Of a stretch of DNA of 64,000 nt, positions 19,810 through 29,591 are shown piece by piece. Source of the stretch: a virus; IMG/VR virus record IMGVR_UViG_3300032242_001235, positions 25,960 through 89,959 of that record; one strand, written 5' to 3'. The stretch's first letter is position 1, and the number at the start of each line of letters is the position of its first letter. A program made the translations under genes and the position numbers. The notes under the pieces were generated by a model, which ran no database searches, was not told where the DNA came from, and saw only the letters and a list, made by a program, of their open reading frames with translations.

Positions 19810-21173
19810 AATTCAGGTATGTAAATTCCTTCGAAGCTCTTGCTCCAAGATCCGGATTCCCATTTGTATTGTATTCCGGTGTATGAATTAGTTATGTAAA
19901 TGATGTCATTGGAGATAGTACTATTGAATATTACATGCCATTCGGTACCATTCCATTCAATTATATCATTAGCATTGGCTTGGAAATCAGAGTTGTCACT
20001 GTTCTGCCAAGCAACTGGACCAACAAACCCTTCTTGACCAAACTCAGCTGTATCATTAATGCCTTCTAATATCAAGTATCTTGTACCTGCCGCAACATTA
20101 CTAGGTGAATATGTTTCAGGATTTATAATTGCATCAACAGTACCACGCCCATTCACATTATAAGAACTTGTAATAATAGTATTACTAGGAACAGTATCCC
20201 TATCAAAGTTCAACAACATTTTAGTATCATCATTAGGGTCTAATGATATATAGGCAATAATTTCATTCCCATCAGAAGTGGTTAAAAATATCTTAGTCAA
20301 CCCTGCACGGAATTGTCCTGGATATAAATCTAATAAACTAAACCAACTTGCTGTACCACTAGGTATTGTGGTATCATCAATGCCAGATGCTGAATGATTT
20401 TTTAATAAACTTGCAACATTGTCTAACACCATTAATTCAAAATTACCAGGTGTAACAACAGTTTTAAACAACGGTTGATCATATCCTAAATCAATTGAGT
20501 CTGTAGGATTAACAAATGCACTTGCTATAATTTTAGTAATAATACCCAATCGTTTAACCTTAGCGGGTGGGGTGATCCATATAGGTGTAGAAAATGTTAA
20601 GTTACCAATGTCAATATTCTGTTCAGCACCTTGTGGAATCTGTCGATTGGTCCAATTAATATCATCTAATTGCAATACAGTCAAACTGGTCCAGTCTAGA
20701 TAGTTGTCAGTTGTTTGTAATTCCAAACTAGGATTAAACAAATACGCCAACTGTTCTATAATTTGTAACTTTTGATCAGAATTGGTAGTCCAGATATCAG
20801 CCGAGAATGTTAATTTATACGGCGCTGGCATAATGCGTTCTACCGTGTAACCTTGCCCCTGGGCGTATGTGTATTGTTGAGTATCTTCGTTGTACTCGCG
20901 CTCGCGTATTTGCACCTTGCTAACAAAAGTAGGATCCTGTAATCTTGTCTGCTCGTACTTTAGACCTTTAATGTAACACGCAATAAATGGTGCTGATGGT
21001 ACAGTGTTCTCTGAGTTTTTCTTTAGTACGCTAGCTGCCTGTCTACTAGGATCACCGTACATCACTGGTATCTGAATAATTTTTCCAGTACCATCTTTGT
21101 AACTAAAGTTACTCATAACTCGCATGTATTGTGTCAAATATCTGCGTATTTGACCATCGTAGAACCAATCCAT
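19791..21173 (-). CDS. gp15: Tail sheath stabiliser/terminator (T4 gp15-like) with C-terminal extension
   Basis: 'FYDGQIRRY', 'IPVMYG', 'MPAPYKLTFSADIW', 'KLQIIEQLAYLFNP' resemble gp15; adjacent to the neck genes. Confidence 0.75.
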   Translation of the reverse strand: MDWFYDGQIRRYLTQYMRVMSNFSYKDGTGKIIQIPVMYGDPSRQAASVLKKNSENTVPSAPFIACYIKGLKYEQTRLQDPTFVSKVQIREREYNEDTQQYTYAQGQGYTVERIMPAPYKLTFSADIWTTNSDQKLQIIEQLAYLFNPSLELQTTDNYLDWTSLTVLQLDDINWTNRQIPQGAEQNIDIGNLTFSTPIWITPPAKVKRLGIITKIIASAFVNPTDSIDLGYDQPLFKTVVTPGNFELMVLDNVASLLKNHSASGIDDTTIPSGTASWFSLLDLYPGQFRAGLTKIFLTTSDGNEIIAYISLDPNDDTKMLLNFDRDTVPSNTIITSSYNVNGRGTVDAIINPETYSPSNVAAGTRYLILEGINDTAEFGQEGFVGPVAWQNSDNSDFQANANDIIEWNGTEWHVIFNSTISNDIIYITNSYTGIQYKWESGSWSKSFEGIYIPELWRLVL

Positions 21174-21174
21174 T

Positions 21175-22386
21175 TTAATTATCCGCCTTTGGTTTGAGTG
21201 CCTTACTTAGTGCTTGTCGTTCCGCAACTACTTTTCCATTAATCGTAGCAGTAGTTGTATTATTAATAAATCCAGCTTTTTGTGTTTGTCTAACATCGGC
21301 ATTTTTAAATACGCCATTAGCAGTATCTTGAGCACCAAATTCATTCATGGTCATACGCACATTCTTTTCAAACATGGTCCAATGACGACCATCAAATCGG
21401 TATAACACATTAGGGAAGAAATCTGTTCTTAAGTAAAACGAGCCGACTGCTTGATGTAGTGGAAATGCTACTCCTGAATCAAACGGAGCACCATTTGGAG
21501 GAACCCCGTCACCAGTTAAATAGCCCACATACAAATTCTTTGATGGTGTATGTAATACCATACTGGCATCTAATACTGCTTGATCTATACTGGCATCATC
21601 TATTGTATCGCTTGCATCGGCGACATCAACAAGTCCTGACTCCTTTGTAGGAATAACATAAAAACTTTTTGTATTATATCCACTCTTTGGAGCATCTAAT
21701 GTTGCTTGTTCAATAATTTGATTGTTAATTTCAATGCTCTTATTGTAAGTGCTCAATAAATCTCGTAATGTAGTTCCGTCATCTGCCCCACTATCTGCAT
21801 CAAAGATTTGTTTAAATTCTTGACTATCAACTAACGGTACACATTTTGCTCTAACTAAATGCGGGTACCAAGTTACGCTAAATCCAGCAACTGGGCGAGT
21901 AACATCTTGTACCACATAGAATCTTTTCAAAGCCACATAATTGTTATCCAACGCATATTCATCCTTCAAATGTGGCAGCTCGATTACATCTCCTGGCATG
22001 ATTTTACGGGATAATGCCTCTACACTTGAGCTTAAATGGAAGTGAATCATTATGGTATCATTCTGTAGAAACAATCCAAACTGACTTAAATTGAGATCCA
22101 AGTCCTGCATTGTGTAGATTCCACGAATAACATACACATCGGGTTCGTAGTTTCTATCCCTGTTTTCCATGAATAGCACATCCTGTATCCCCAGTTCAGG
22201 AATAGGATTACTATTGTTTGGCAGAGTAGGTGATGATTCGGCCCCTACTGAATCTGGGCTAACTGGGCCAAGGTATTTGTGAATAAACACATCAACCCCG
22301 CCCACTTGAAAGCGTTCGTTAACTACGCGATCGATGAATTTGAAATCATTGCCTTTTTCAGGCCTGTAAAGTGACAATCTTGGCAT
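21175..22386 (-). CDS. gp14: Neck / head closure protein (T4 gp14-like)
   Basis: 'LSQFGLFLQND' and 'MPGDVIELPH' motifs; between gp13 and gp15. Confidence 0.7.
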   Translation of the reverse strand: MPRLSLYRPEKGNDFKFIDRVVNERFQVGGVDVFIHKYLGPVSPDSVGAESSPTLPNNSNPIPELGIQDVLFMENRDRNYEPDVYVIRGIYTMQDLDLNLSQFGLFLQNDTIMIHFHLSSSVEALSRKIMPGDVIELPHLKDEYALDNNYVALKRFYVVQDVTRPVAGFSVTWYPHLVRAKCVPLVDSQEFKQIFDADSGADDGTTLRDLLSTYNKSIEINNQIIEQATLDAPKSGYNTKSFYVIPTKESGLVDVADASDTIDDASIDQAVLDASMVLHTPSKNLYVGYLTGDGVPPNGAPFDSGVAFPLHQAVGSFYLRTDFFPNVLYRFDGRHWTMFEKNVRMTMNEFGAQDTANGVFKNADVRQTQKAGFINNTTTATINGKVVAERQALSKALKPKADN

Positions 22387-22391
22387 GTGTA

Positions 22392-22407
22392 TATTTATGG
22401 CTAAATA
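22392..22407. promoter_or_regulatory. Back-to-back divergent late promoters (TATTTA-TGGC-TAAATA)
   Basis: Inverted TAAATA pair, each exactly 5 nt from the ATG of gp14 (22386, -) and gp13 (22413, +). Confidence 0.75.
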
Positions 22408-22412
22408 TTCAT

Positions 22413-23171
22413 ATGGACGAAACTACCCAATCCCGTGAACAAGTTATTACATATATCAAAGCCATGTTAGGCGATGGTATGATCGATGTGTATCTTGATC
22501 CAATACATTATAATACATCTATCGATCGTGCCTTGGCAAAATACCGTCAACGCAGCAGTAATGCCGTTGAAGAAAGCATGGGTTTTCTAAATTTAACAGT
22601 TGATACTAACGATTACATTCTTCCTAAAGAAGTAATGGCAGTTAGACAATTGTTTAGACGCAGCATTGGCTCTAGATCTGGTGGCGGAAACGGGGGAACA
22701 TTGTTTGAACCGTTCAACTTAGCATATTCTAACACCTACTTGTTGGCTTCTACTAACATGGGCGGGTTGGCAACATACTACGCATTTGCCAGCTATCAAA
22801 AGCAAGTGGGCAAAATGTTTGGTACTGATATTAATTTTACATTTAACGCATCTACCAAGCTATTATCTGTACAACAAAGACCACATGCTGATGAAGAAAT
22901 ATTAGTTTGGATGTATAATTATCGTCCAGATTTTAACCTATTCAGTGATCCATATGCAGGACAGTGGTTAAAGGATTATTCATTGGCCAATGCCAAGATC
23001 ATCCTAGGTCAAGCCTATGAAAAATTCCCACAAATTGCTGGGCCACAAGGGGCCTCCAGTTTGAATGGTACTGCACTTAAAGCAGAAGGTAAAGCTGAAA
23101 TGGATATGTTAGAGTTGGATCTAATAAATTACAAAGATGGTGGACAACCATTAACTTGGGTAACTGGTTAA
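22413..23171 (+). CDS. gp13: Neck protein / head-tail adaptor (T4 gp13-like)
   Basis: 'YIKAMLG..MIDVYL', 'WLKDYSLA..K..LG....KF....GPQG...LNG..LK.EG' pattern. Start moved from 22371 to ATG 22413. Confidence 0.8.
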   Translation: MDETTQSREQVITYIKAMLGDGMIDVYLDPIHYNTSIDRALAKYRQRSSNAVEESMGFLNLTVDTNDYILPKEVMAVRQLFRRSIGSRSGGGNGGTLFEPFNLAYSNTYLLASTNMGGLATYYAFASYQKQVGKMFGTDINFTFNASTKLLSVQQRPHADEEILVWMYNYRPDFNLFSDPYAGQWLKDYSLANAKIILGQAYEKFPQIAGPQGASSLNGTALKAEGKAEMDMLELDLINYKDGGQPLTWVTG

Positions 23172-23179
23172 AATAATTA

Positions 23180-23208
23180 TTGACAATGTAATACAACTGC
23201 AATAAAAT
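23180..23208 (+). promoter_or_regulatory. Sigma70-type promoter
   Basis: TTGACA (23180-23185), 17 bp spacer, TAAAAT (23203-23208). Confidence 0.7.
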
Positions 23209-23230
23209 ATAATATCGCTTGGAGTATTGT

Positions 23231-23908
23231 ATGATTATAGGGTTTGTAGGTTTTATTGGTTCAGGTAAAGACACTGCCGCAGATTATTTGGTTAATTTTC
23301 ACGGGTTTAGGCGAGATAGTTTCGCCAATACACTCAAAGATGCAGTGTCCCATGTATTTGGCTGGGACCGAACGCTGCTAGAAGGCCGCACAAAAGAAGC
23401 TCGTGAATGGCGAGAACAAGTTGACGAATGGTGGGCAGAACGCTTAAACCTGCCACATTTAACTCCACGCTGGGTTCTACAATATTGGGGTACTGAAGTT
23501 TGCCGCAAAGGCTTTAACGATGATATCTGGATTGCTAGTTTAGAGAATAAAATGCGTAAAACTACTGATAACATTGTTATTAGTGATGTTAGATTTCCAA
23601 ACGAAATTGCTGCGATTCATAATGCTGGCGGAATGGTAGTCCGTGTAAAACGAGGAGCGGATCCTGAGTGGTATGGTGCTGCGGAAAGTTTCAACAAAGG
23701 ACCTAATGGCAACGCTACTTGGTCACTAAGTAAAAACAAATTAGATCAACTTAAGATTCATTCAAGTGAAACAAGTTGGGTTGGTGGGAACATTGATGTT
23801 ACTATAACTAATGACACCACTATTGATGATCTATTTGCACAACTAAAGGATCTATTGCCGGCAACTGATCTAACACTTGCTGAACGACTTGCATTAGATT
23901 TGCTTTAA
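23231..23908 (+). CDS. Deoxynucleoside monophosphate kinase (T4 gp1-like)
   Basis: P-loop GFIGSGKDT; 'SFANTLKD', 'TPRWVLQYWGTE', 'ISDVRFPNE'; GGAG RBS before ATG 23231. Confidence 0.9.
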   Translation: MIIGFVGFIGSGKDTAADYLVNFHGFRRDSFANTLKDAVSHVFGWDRTLLEGRTKEAREWREQVDEWWAERLNLPHLTPRWVLQYWGTEVCRKGFNDDIWIASLENKMRKTTDNIVISDVRFPNEIAAIHNAGGMVVRVKRGADPEWYGAAESFNKGPNGNATWSLSKNKLDQLKIHSSETSWVGGNIDVTITNDTTIDDLFAQLKDLLPATDLTLAERLALDLL

Positions 23909-24240
23909 AAGTCGGGTTTCAAGTCTCCCTGCCGCCATTTGATTCCCTCACGATGTAGGAATCTTTGACAGTTAGCACATACTGTCTTAAGATTTGTGAA
24001 CCTACAATTTGTAAGATCTCCATCTACATGAAACACATCAAATACTTCAGGGAAAGTGGATTTAAACCCGCATTTGTCACATACGGCTTTTTTCGTATAG
24101 CCAGCTAACCCCCACAATGCCTTTCCATCCTTGCGGCCCTTGCTACAGTGGTCGCATCTGGATCTATAAAACGGCTTGCCTTCTTTATAATAGTTAATGG
24201 CCACCGGTCTTTGCCGACATTCTTTACATAGATTTCTCAT
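23905..24240 (-). CDS. Cys-rich HNH-like zinc-finger protein
   Basis: Four CxxC pairs; 'VFHVDGDLTNCRFTNLKTVCANC'; reverse TAAATA at 24271-24276. Confidence 0.7.
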   Translation of the reverse strand: MRNLCKECRQRPVAINYYKEGKPFYRSRCDHCSKGRKDGKALWGLAGYTKKAVCDKCGFKSTFPEVFDVFHVDGDLTNCRFTNLKTVCANCQRFLHREGIKWRQGDLKPDF

Positions 24241-24301
24241 ACCCGCCCTTTTAGTGCCCTTTTCCACCAGTATTTAACCCGAAGTTTTTTAGATTACTAG
24301 C

Positions 24302-24307
24302 TAAATA
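24302..24307 (+). promoter_or_regulatory. Late promoter core TAAATA
   Basis: Intergenic, upstream of AAGGAG RBS and the sheath gene. Confidence 0.6.
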
Positions 24308-24339
24308 AAACAAAGTAATCCACTAAGGAGTTTTTTAAG

Positions 24340-27333
24340 ATGGCAACGACATTACAATCCCCAGGCGTATCAGTTTCAGTAATTGATCAAAGTTTCTACA
24401 CACCCGCTGCTCCTGGAACAGTTCCAATGATTTTTGTGACCAGCAAGCAAAATAAAAGCAACGCTAGCGGCACAAGCACTGCTCAAGGTACTACAAAAAA
24501 GAATGCAGGCGTGATATGGACAATTACTAGCCAACGCGACCTAACTGAGACTTTTGGTACTCCGTATTTTGAAACAGATACGAATGGCAATGCTATTAAC
24601 GGTAGCGAACGAAATGAATATGGTTTGCAAACAGCATATAACCTTTTAGGTATCTCGTCTAAAGTATATGTAGTTCGTTCAGACCTTGACTTAGATATGC
24701 TGTACCCAAGCACCAGTATCCCAGTAGGTATGCCAGTAGCTGGAACATATTGGGTTGATACACACGCCAGTAGATTTGGTGTTAATGTTTGGAGCACAAC
24801 TGCTAACAACGGCGCAGGCGGATTTACCGCAGTAACTCCTAAAATTATTGACAATAGCACTACAGCAACATCAGCAACATTTGATGGAACAGTATACACT
24901 CCGAAGGCTACATTTGGTGCAGTTGGTGATTATGCAATGGTTGTTACTAGCCAAAATACTAACCAACTATATTTTAAAACAGCAGGTTCTGGTTGGACTG
25001 TTGTTAGAAATACTTTCGACGGTGGCAAAAATGTTGAAGTTAGTGCAAACTTTGATTATCCAAATTATACTTCAACTGGCACTACTAACGGTAGTGTATG
25101 GGTACAAACAAACGCAGTTGGTACTGGTGCAAACTGGGTAGTTAAATATTGGAATGGCAATTCAGAGTCTTGGACTACTGTAAGTACTCCAATTTTTGCT
25201 AGCACTGTAAAAGCTAACTTGGCTTTAGACCCTACAGGCGGCGGTTCTAAGATCCCTGTTGGTTCACTATTCATTGATGCAGATTATAATAACGGTGTAA
25301 CAACTAATGCAACTGCTGCATCCTTTAAACTATATAGAAGAAGTAGTTCTGCTGCAACAACAGTTACAGTAGCATCTAATACAACTGGTTCTGGTGGCAC
25401 ATTTACTCTACGCGAATCACTAGTTAATGGTACTTGGGGAACTCCAGTAACATTAACAGTAGCTACTGGTGTTGTTGGTGAGCAAATTGCTCAAGCAATC
25501 AATACTAACGGTGGCCTTGTTAATACCAGCGCAGTTTGGGACAGTGCTATCAATAGATTGTATATCAAACACAAATTAAGTGGTGAAATTGAATTGACAG
25601 ATTCTGGTAGTTTATTATCTGGCATTGGTTTAGTTGGTGACGGTACTGTAGCAAATCTATATGCTGCTCCTACTGGCGACAGTGCTACCCTATTAGTAAG
25701 TAACTGGTCTCCATTGATGTATGAAGCATTGGCATATGAGCCAGCAACATTACCTGCAAATGGATCCTTGTGGTTTGATAGCAACATTGATGTTGTTGAC
25801 ATTATGTACAACACTGGTGCAGCATGGGAAGGTTATTTAAATGCATTTCCAACATCTGACCCAATGGGACCGTTGGTTATGGCAAGTGCCCCAACAACAC
25901 AATCTGATGGTATCTCAGCATTAGTTAGAGGTGACATTTGGGTTGATAGCTCTCGCCCAGAAACTTACGGTAAAGTGATATATGTATATGACGGTAACAC
26001 ATGGGTACTACAAGATCCTACAGATCACATTACTCCAAACGGTTGGGTTTATGCCGATGCTCGTTGGAGCGACAACGGTGTTGATAACACAGAATATGTT
26101 ACTCCAATTGCAGACATGCTAGTCAGCAACTATGTTGATCCTGATGCTCCAGATCCACGCTTGTATCCAAGAGGCACTCGTCTATGGAACTTACGCAAGA
26201 GCGGAAATAATGTCAAACAATATGTTTCTGGTTATATCAATCTACACGCAAACGGCGGATACAATCAAAGAACAGGCGAGTCAATGACTGATTATACAAC
26301 TGACCGTTGGGTATCTGTTAGCCCTAATGATGAAAATCATGTAGGTCAATTTGGCCGCCATGCACAACGCAGTGTTGTAGTTAAGTCACTAAAAGCATTG
26401 GTAACTGCTAATCAAAGTATCCGTGATACAGATACATTGAACTTTAACATTATCGCAGCTCCTGGATATCCAGAGTTGATTACTGATATGGTTAATTTCA
26501 ATGCTGACATTGGACAAGTTGCACTAGTTGTTGGAGATACTCCAATGAGACTAACTTCAAATGCTACTACATTGGCAAACTATGGAAACAACGCTGCTCA
26601 TGCTGTAGAAAATAATGATGTTGCAGCAGTTAGCTATGACAACCATTTGGCAATGTACTATCCAAGCGGATTTACAAATGACAACATTGGCAATAACATT
26701 GTTGTTCCGCCAAGCTACATGGCTATTCGTACAATTATTGAAAGCGATGCAGTTAGCTATCAGTGGTTCGCTCCAGCTGGTACACGCCGTGGTATTGTAC
26801 ATAATGCAAGTTCAGTAGGTTATATTGATTCTACTACTGGCGAATTTGTAACTACTAGTTTATATCAAGGTCTTCGTGATACATTAGCATCCGTTAAGAT
26901 TAATCCAATTGCTACATTGCCAGGAGTTGGTTTAGCTGTTATGGGTCAATATACTCGTGCTTCTGCTTCAAGCAGTTTAGACAGAATTAATGTTGCTCGT
27001 TTAGTATCATTCTTGAGAGTTCAATTAGGAAGATTGGCCAAACCATTCTTGTTCGAACCAAACGATAGTCAAACACGCAACGAAATTAAGACTGCTGTAG
27101 AAAGTTTGCTAATTGAATTAGTAAGCCAAAGAGCACTATATGACTTCGTAGTAGTTTGCGATAGTTCAAATAACACTCCTACAAGAATTGACAGAAGTGA
27201 ATTGTATGTAGACATTGCTATTGAACCAGTTAAGGCTGTAGAATTCATCTACATTCCATTAAGACTATTGAATACAGGTGCAATTGCATCGGGCAATTTT
27301 GGATCACAAAAAACTGGGTCTAAGACCAATTAA
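24340..27333 (+). CDS. gp18: Contractile tail sheath protein with large internal insertion
   Basis: 'LQSPGVSVSVIDQS', 'WFAPAGTRRG', 'INPI', 'DRINVARL', 'FEPND', 'NNTP..ID..EL.VDIAIEPVKAVEFIYI'. Confidence 0.95.
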   Translation: MATTLQSPGVSVSVIDQSFYTPAAPGTVPMIFVTSKQNKSNASGTSTAQGTTKKNAGVIWTITSQRDLTETFGTPYFETDTNGNAINGSERNEYGLQTAYNLLGISSKVYVVRSDLDLDMLYPSTSIPVGMPVAGTYWVDTHASRFGVNVWSTTANNGAGGFTAVTPKIIDNSTTATSATFDGTVYTPKATFGAVGDYAMVVTSQNTNQLYFKTAGSGWTVVRNTFDGGKNVEVSANFDYPNYTSTGTTNGSVWVQTNAVGTGANWVVKYWNGNSESWTTVSTPIFASTVKANLALDPTGGGSKIPVGSLFIDADYNNGVTTNATAASFKLYRRSSSAATTVTVASNTTGSGGTFTLRESLVNGTWGTPVTLTVATGVVGEQIAQAINTNGGLVNTSAVWDSAINRLYIKHKLSGEIELTDSGSLLSGIGLVGDGTVANLYAAPTGDSATLLVSNWSPLMYEALAYEPATLPANGSLWFDSNIDVVDIMYNTGAAWEGYLNAFPTSDPMGPLVMASAPTTQSDGISALVRGDIWVDSSRPETYGKVIYVYDGNTWVLQDPTDHITPNGWVYADARWSDNGVDNTEYVTPIADMLVSNYVDPDAPDPRLYPRGTRLWNLRKSGNNVKQYVSGYINLHANGGYNQRTGESMTDYTTDRWVSVSPNDENHVGQFGRHAQRSVVVKSLKALVTANQSIRDTDTLNFNIIAAPGYPELITDMVNFNADIGQVALVVGDTPMRLTSNATTLANYGNNAAHAVENNDVAAVSYDNHLAMYYPSGFTNDNIGNNIVVPPSYMAIRTIIESDAVSYQWFAPAGTRRGIVHNASSVGYIDSTTGEFVTTSLYQGLRDTLASVKINPIATLPGVGLAVMGQYTRASASSSLDRINVARLVSFLRVQLGRLAKPFLFEPNDSQTRNEIKTAVESLLIELVSQRALYDFVVVCDSSNNTPTRIDRSELYVDIAIEPVKAVEFIYIPLRLLNTGAIASGNFGSQKTGSKTN

Positions 27334-27351
27334 AAGGATAAGGAGCATACA

Positions 27352-27984
27352 ATGCCAATTTCAAGTTTATCAAGATTTACCGTACCAGTTTCGACTGATG
27401 CCAGTTCTCCAACACAGGGTCTGTTGATGCCAAAGTTACAGTATCGCTTTAGAGTGACACTGTTTGATTTTGGAGTAGGCGGAGCCCCGTTAACTGAGTT
27501 AACTAAGCAAGTTATGACAGTGGATCGTCCACATCCAGAGTTTGACGAAATTCCATTACATGTTTATAACAGCACTGTAAAGTTGGCTGGTAAGCACAAG
27601 TTTAGTAACCTTAAACTAAAACTTCGTGACGATATGACCAACGCAGTTACTAACATTGTTGGCGCACAATTGCAAAAGCAGTTTGACTTTTATGAACAAT
27701 CCAGTGCAGTTAGCGGATTAGATTACAAGTTCACTATGATTATTGAAATCTTAGATGGCGGCAACGGCCAATTTGTCCCAGTTACACTTGAAGCATTTGA
27801 AGTTCAAGGTTGCTGGATTAAGACTGCAACTTATGGCAGCGTTGACTATAGCAAGAGTGAAGCAATGGAAATTGAATTAGAGATCTGTTTCGATAATGCA
27901 GTTCAAACTAATGCAGTTGGCCAACTACAAGGTCTTGGCGCAACAGTTCAGCGTACATTCGGTACAACATCTATTGGTGGTTAA
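27352..27984 (+). CDS. gp19: Tail tube protein
   Basis: Follows the sheath; 'PKLQYRFRV', 'KLAGKHKF', 'GCWI...YGSVDY', 'ICFDNA'; AAGGAG RBS. Confidence 0.85.
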   Translation: MPISSLSRFTVPVSTDASSPTQGLLMPKLQYRFRVTLFDFGVGGAPLTELTKQVMTVDRPHPEFDEIPLHVYNSTVKLAGKHKFSNLKLKLRDDMTNAVTNIVGAQLQKQFDFYEQSSAVSGLDYKFTMIIEILDGGNGQFVPVTLEAFEVQGCWIKTATYGSVDYSKSEAMEIELEICFDNAVQTNAVGQLQGLGATVQRTFGTTSIGG

Positions 27985-28000
27985 TATTACCATAGCATAC

Positions 28001-28026
28001 AAAAAGCCCCTGATGGGGCTTTTTTT
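28001..28026. terminator. Rho-independent terminator, probably bidirectional
   Basis: AAAAAGCCCC-TGAT-GGGGCTTTTTTT. Confidence 0.85.
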
Positions 28027-28043
28027 ATCGGATAAATATTTGC

Positions 28044-29105
28044 ATGACACCTAACATAATCAGCCCCAATGGTAGCTTAAATACCGTCTTTAAGAGTTTT
28101 GAACACGCTACAAAGTTTTATACCAATAACTATCATAGCCGTGCTCCGAAGGTAGGCTTTTTATATTTTGTGCAATTTAATTTTAATCAAGATGCAGTAC
28201 TTGATCCAAGTTGGGATTCTAAATCCATTGGGCTATTTGCTAAACAGGCTGATATGCCCAAGTTTAAAATAGCAACTGATGTAATAAATCAATATAATAG
28301 AAAAACTAATATACAAACTAAGTTAACTTATGAACCTGTCAACATAGAATTGCATGATGACAACGGGGATACAACTAATAAGTTTTGGAAAAATTATTAT
28401 CAATTTTATTATAACGACAGTAGATATACAGCAGATTCCGTCAAACAATCATATGCTGACACAAAATTTGGATCAACAAGTTACCATTATGGATATGATG
28501 CAAAAACTTCTAAATTTATTGATAGTATCGACTTGTATATAATGCATCAAGGTCAATATACAAAAATGACATTGATTAATCCTATAATTTCCTCTTGGGA
28601 TCATGATACATTATCACAATCTGAAGGAAATAAAGTATTAAGAAATAAAATGTCAGTTGTGTATGAAACAGTTTTATATGATTCTGGATCGTTTACTGCT
28701 AACCCAGATGCAGCTAACTTTGCATCTGTATATAATGATTATGATGTTACTCCTAGTCCAAATCAAGTTGGTGATATTTTTGCATATAAACAAGATTATG
28801 CCATTACTACTGCCGCTGCAAAACAATGGCAAACAACAAATTTTAATGGATTGAAACAAGGCGAGAATTATGTAAAACCACCAAGTCAAGGGCAGTTAAC
28901 AAAAGTTGCCTTGCAGGTCAGTAGTGCATATCGAGCATTGAATCAAATTAATCAATTAATAAATCAACCTAGAGCAGCGTGGAATGTCTACGGTATAAAC
29001 ATACATAATGAAGTGATCTCAGCAGTTGCAGGAACAGTCAATGCAGCCGCAGTTAGTTTAACTAATACAGCAGCTTTCACACCACCCAAACTGCCAACTA
29101 ATTAA
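28044..29105 (+). CDS. Tail tube-like / baseplate tube initiator (gp19/gp48/gp54 fold)
   Basis: 'KQADMPKF....NQYNRK..IQTKL.YEPVNIELHDD' parallels the tube protein; TAAATA (28033-28038) 5 nt upstream. Confidence 0.65.
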   Translation: MTPNIISPNGSLNTVFKSFEHATKFYTNNYHSRAPKVGFLYFVQFNFNQDAVLDPSWDSKSIGLFAKQADMPKFKIATDVINQYNRKTNIQTKLTYEPVNIELHDDNGDTTNKFWKNYYQFYYNDSRYTADSVKQSYADTKFGSTSYHYGYDAKTSKFIDSIDLYIMHQGQYTKMTLINPIISSWDHDTLSQSEGNKVLRNKMSVVYETVLYDSGSFTANPDAANFASVYNDYDVTPSPNQVGDIFAYKQDYAITTAAAKQWQTTNFNGLKQGENYVKPPSQGQLTKVALQVSSAYRALNQINQLINQPRAAWNVYGINIHNEVISAVAGTVNAAAVSLTNTAAFTPPKLPTN

Positions 29106-29119
29106 CACAGGATATTAAA

Positions 29120-29590
29120 ATGGCTATTTTCAGTAATCTTCCAGCTTCGTTGCAGCTGAATCCATCAAGTAGTGACGGTGCATCAAAAGCTATCAGCAAT
29201 TACTACACCAACCCAATTCAATTGGATTCAAGCACATTAATGGCAATGAGTGCGTTTTTTGAAAGTCGAGGATTTGACCCAAGCACTTCAAAAACTATTA
29301 GTTCCATTATTATGAATCAAGCCAAACTTGATGATTATAATCCAATGACAGTATTGGATAATTTACATGGATTAGACAAACTGGCAATTAGTACATTGGC
29401 TACTGAAATTTTAAATTTTAATCGATATAAATCCAGTTTTTTAGGATACGCAACTGTTCAACAACCACATCCAGAAATTTCTAGGAATATTGAATCCGTG
29501 AGCTGGAATTCACAATACGCAGATGTGTTAGTTTTTTCAGATGGCTATCCGTTGACTGACGAAAACAATAAACCTCTAGAAGGAATATAA
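29120..29590 (+). CDS. Hypothetical protein, likely structural
   Basis: 156-aa ORF with AGGA RBS in the tail cluster. Confidence 0.55.
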   Translation: MAIFSNLPASLQLNPSSSDGASKAISNYYTNPIQLDSSTLMAMSAFFESRGFDPSTSKTISSIIMNQAKLDDYNPMTVLDNLHGLDKLAISTLATEILNFNRYKSSFLGYATVQQPHPEISRNIESVSWNSQYADVLVFSDGYPLTDENNKPLEGI

Positions 29591-29591
29591 T

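Noticed and set aside
23905-24240. HNH gene as a mobile homing endonuclease
   Set aside because: Not within an intron or intein, has a late-type motif like resident genes, and the final His position is Gln; mobility is unsupported.
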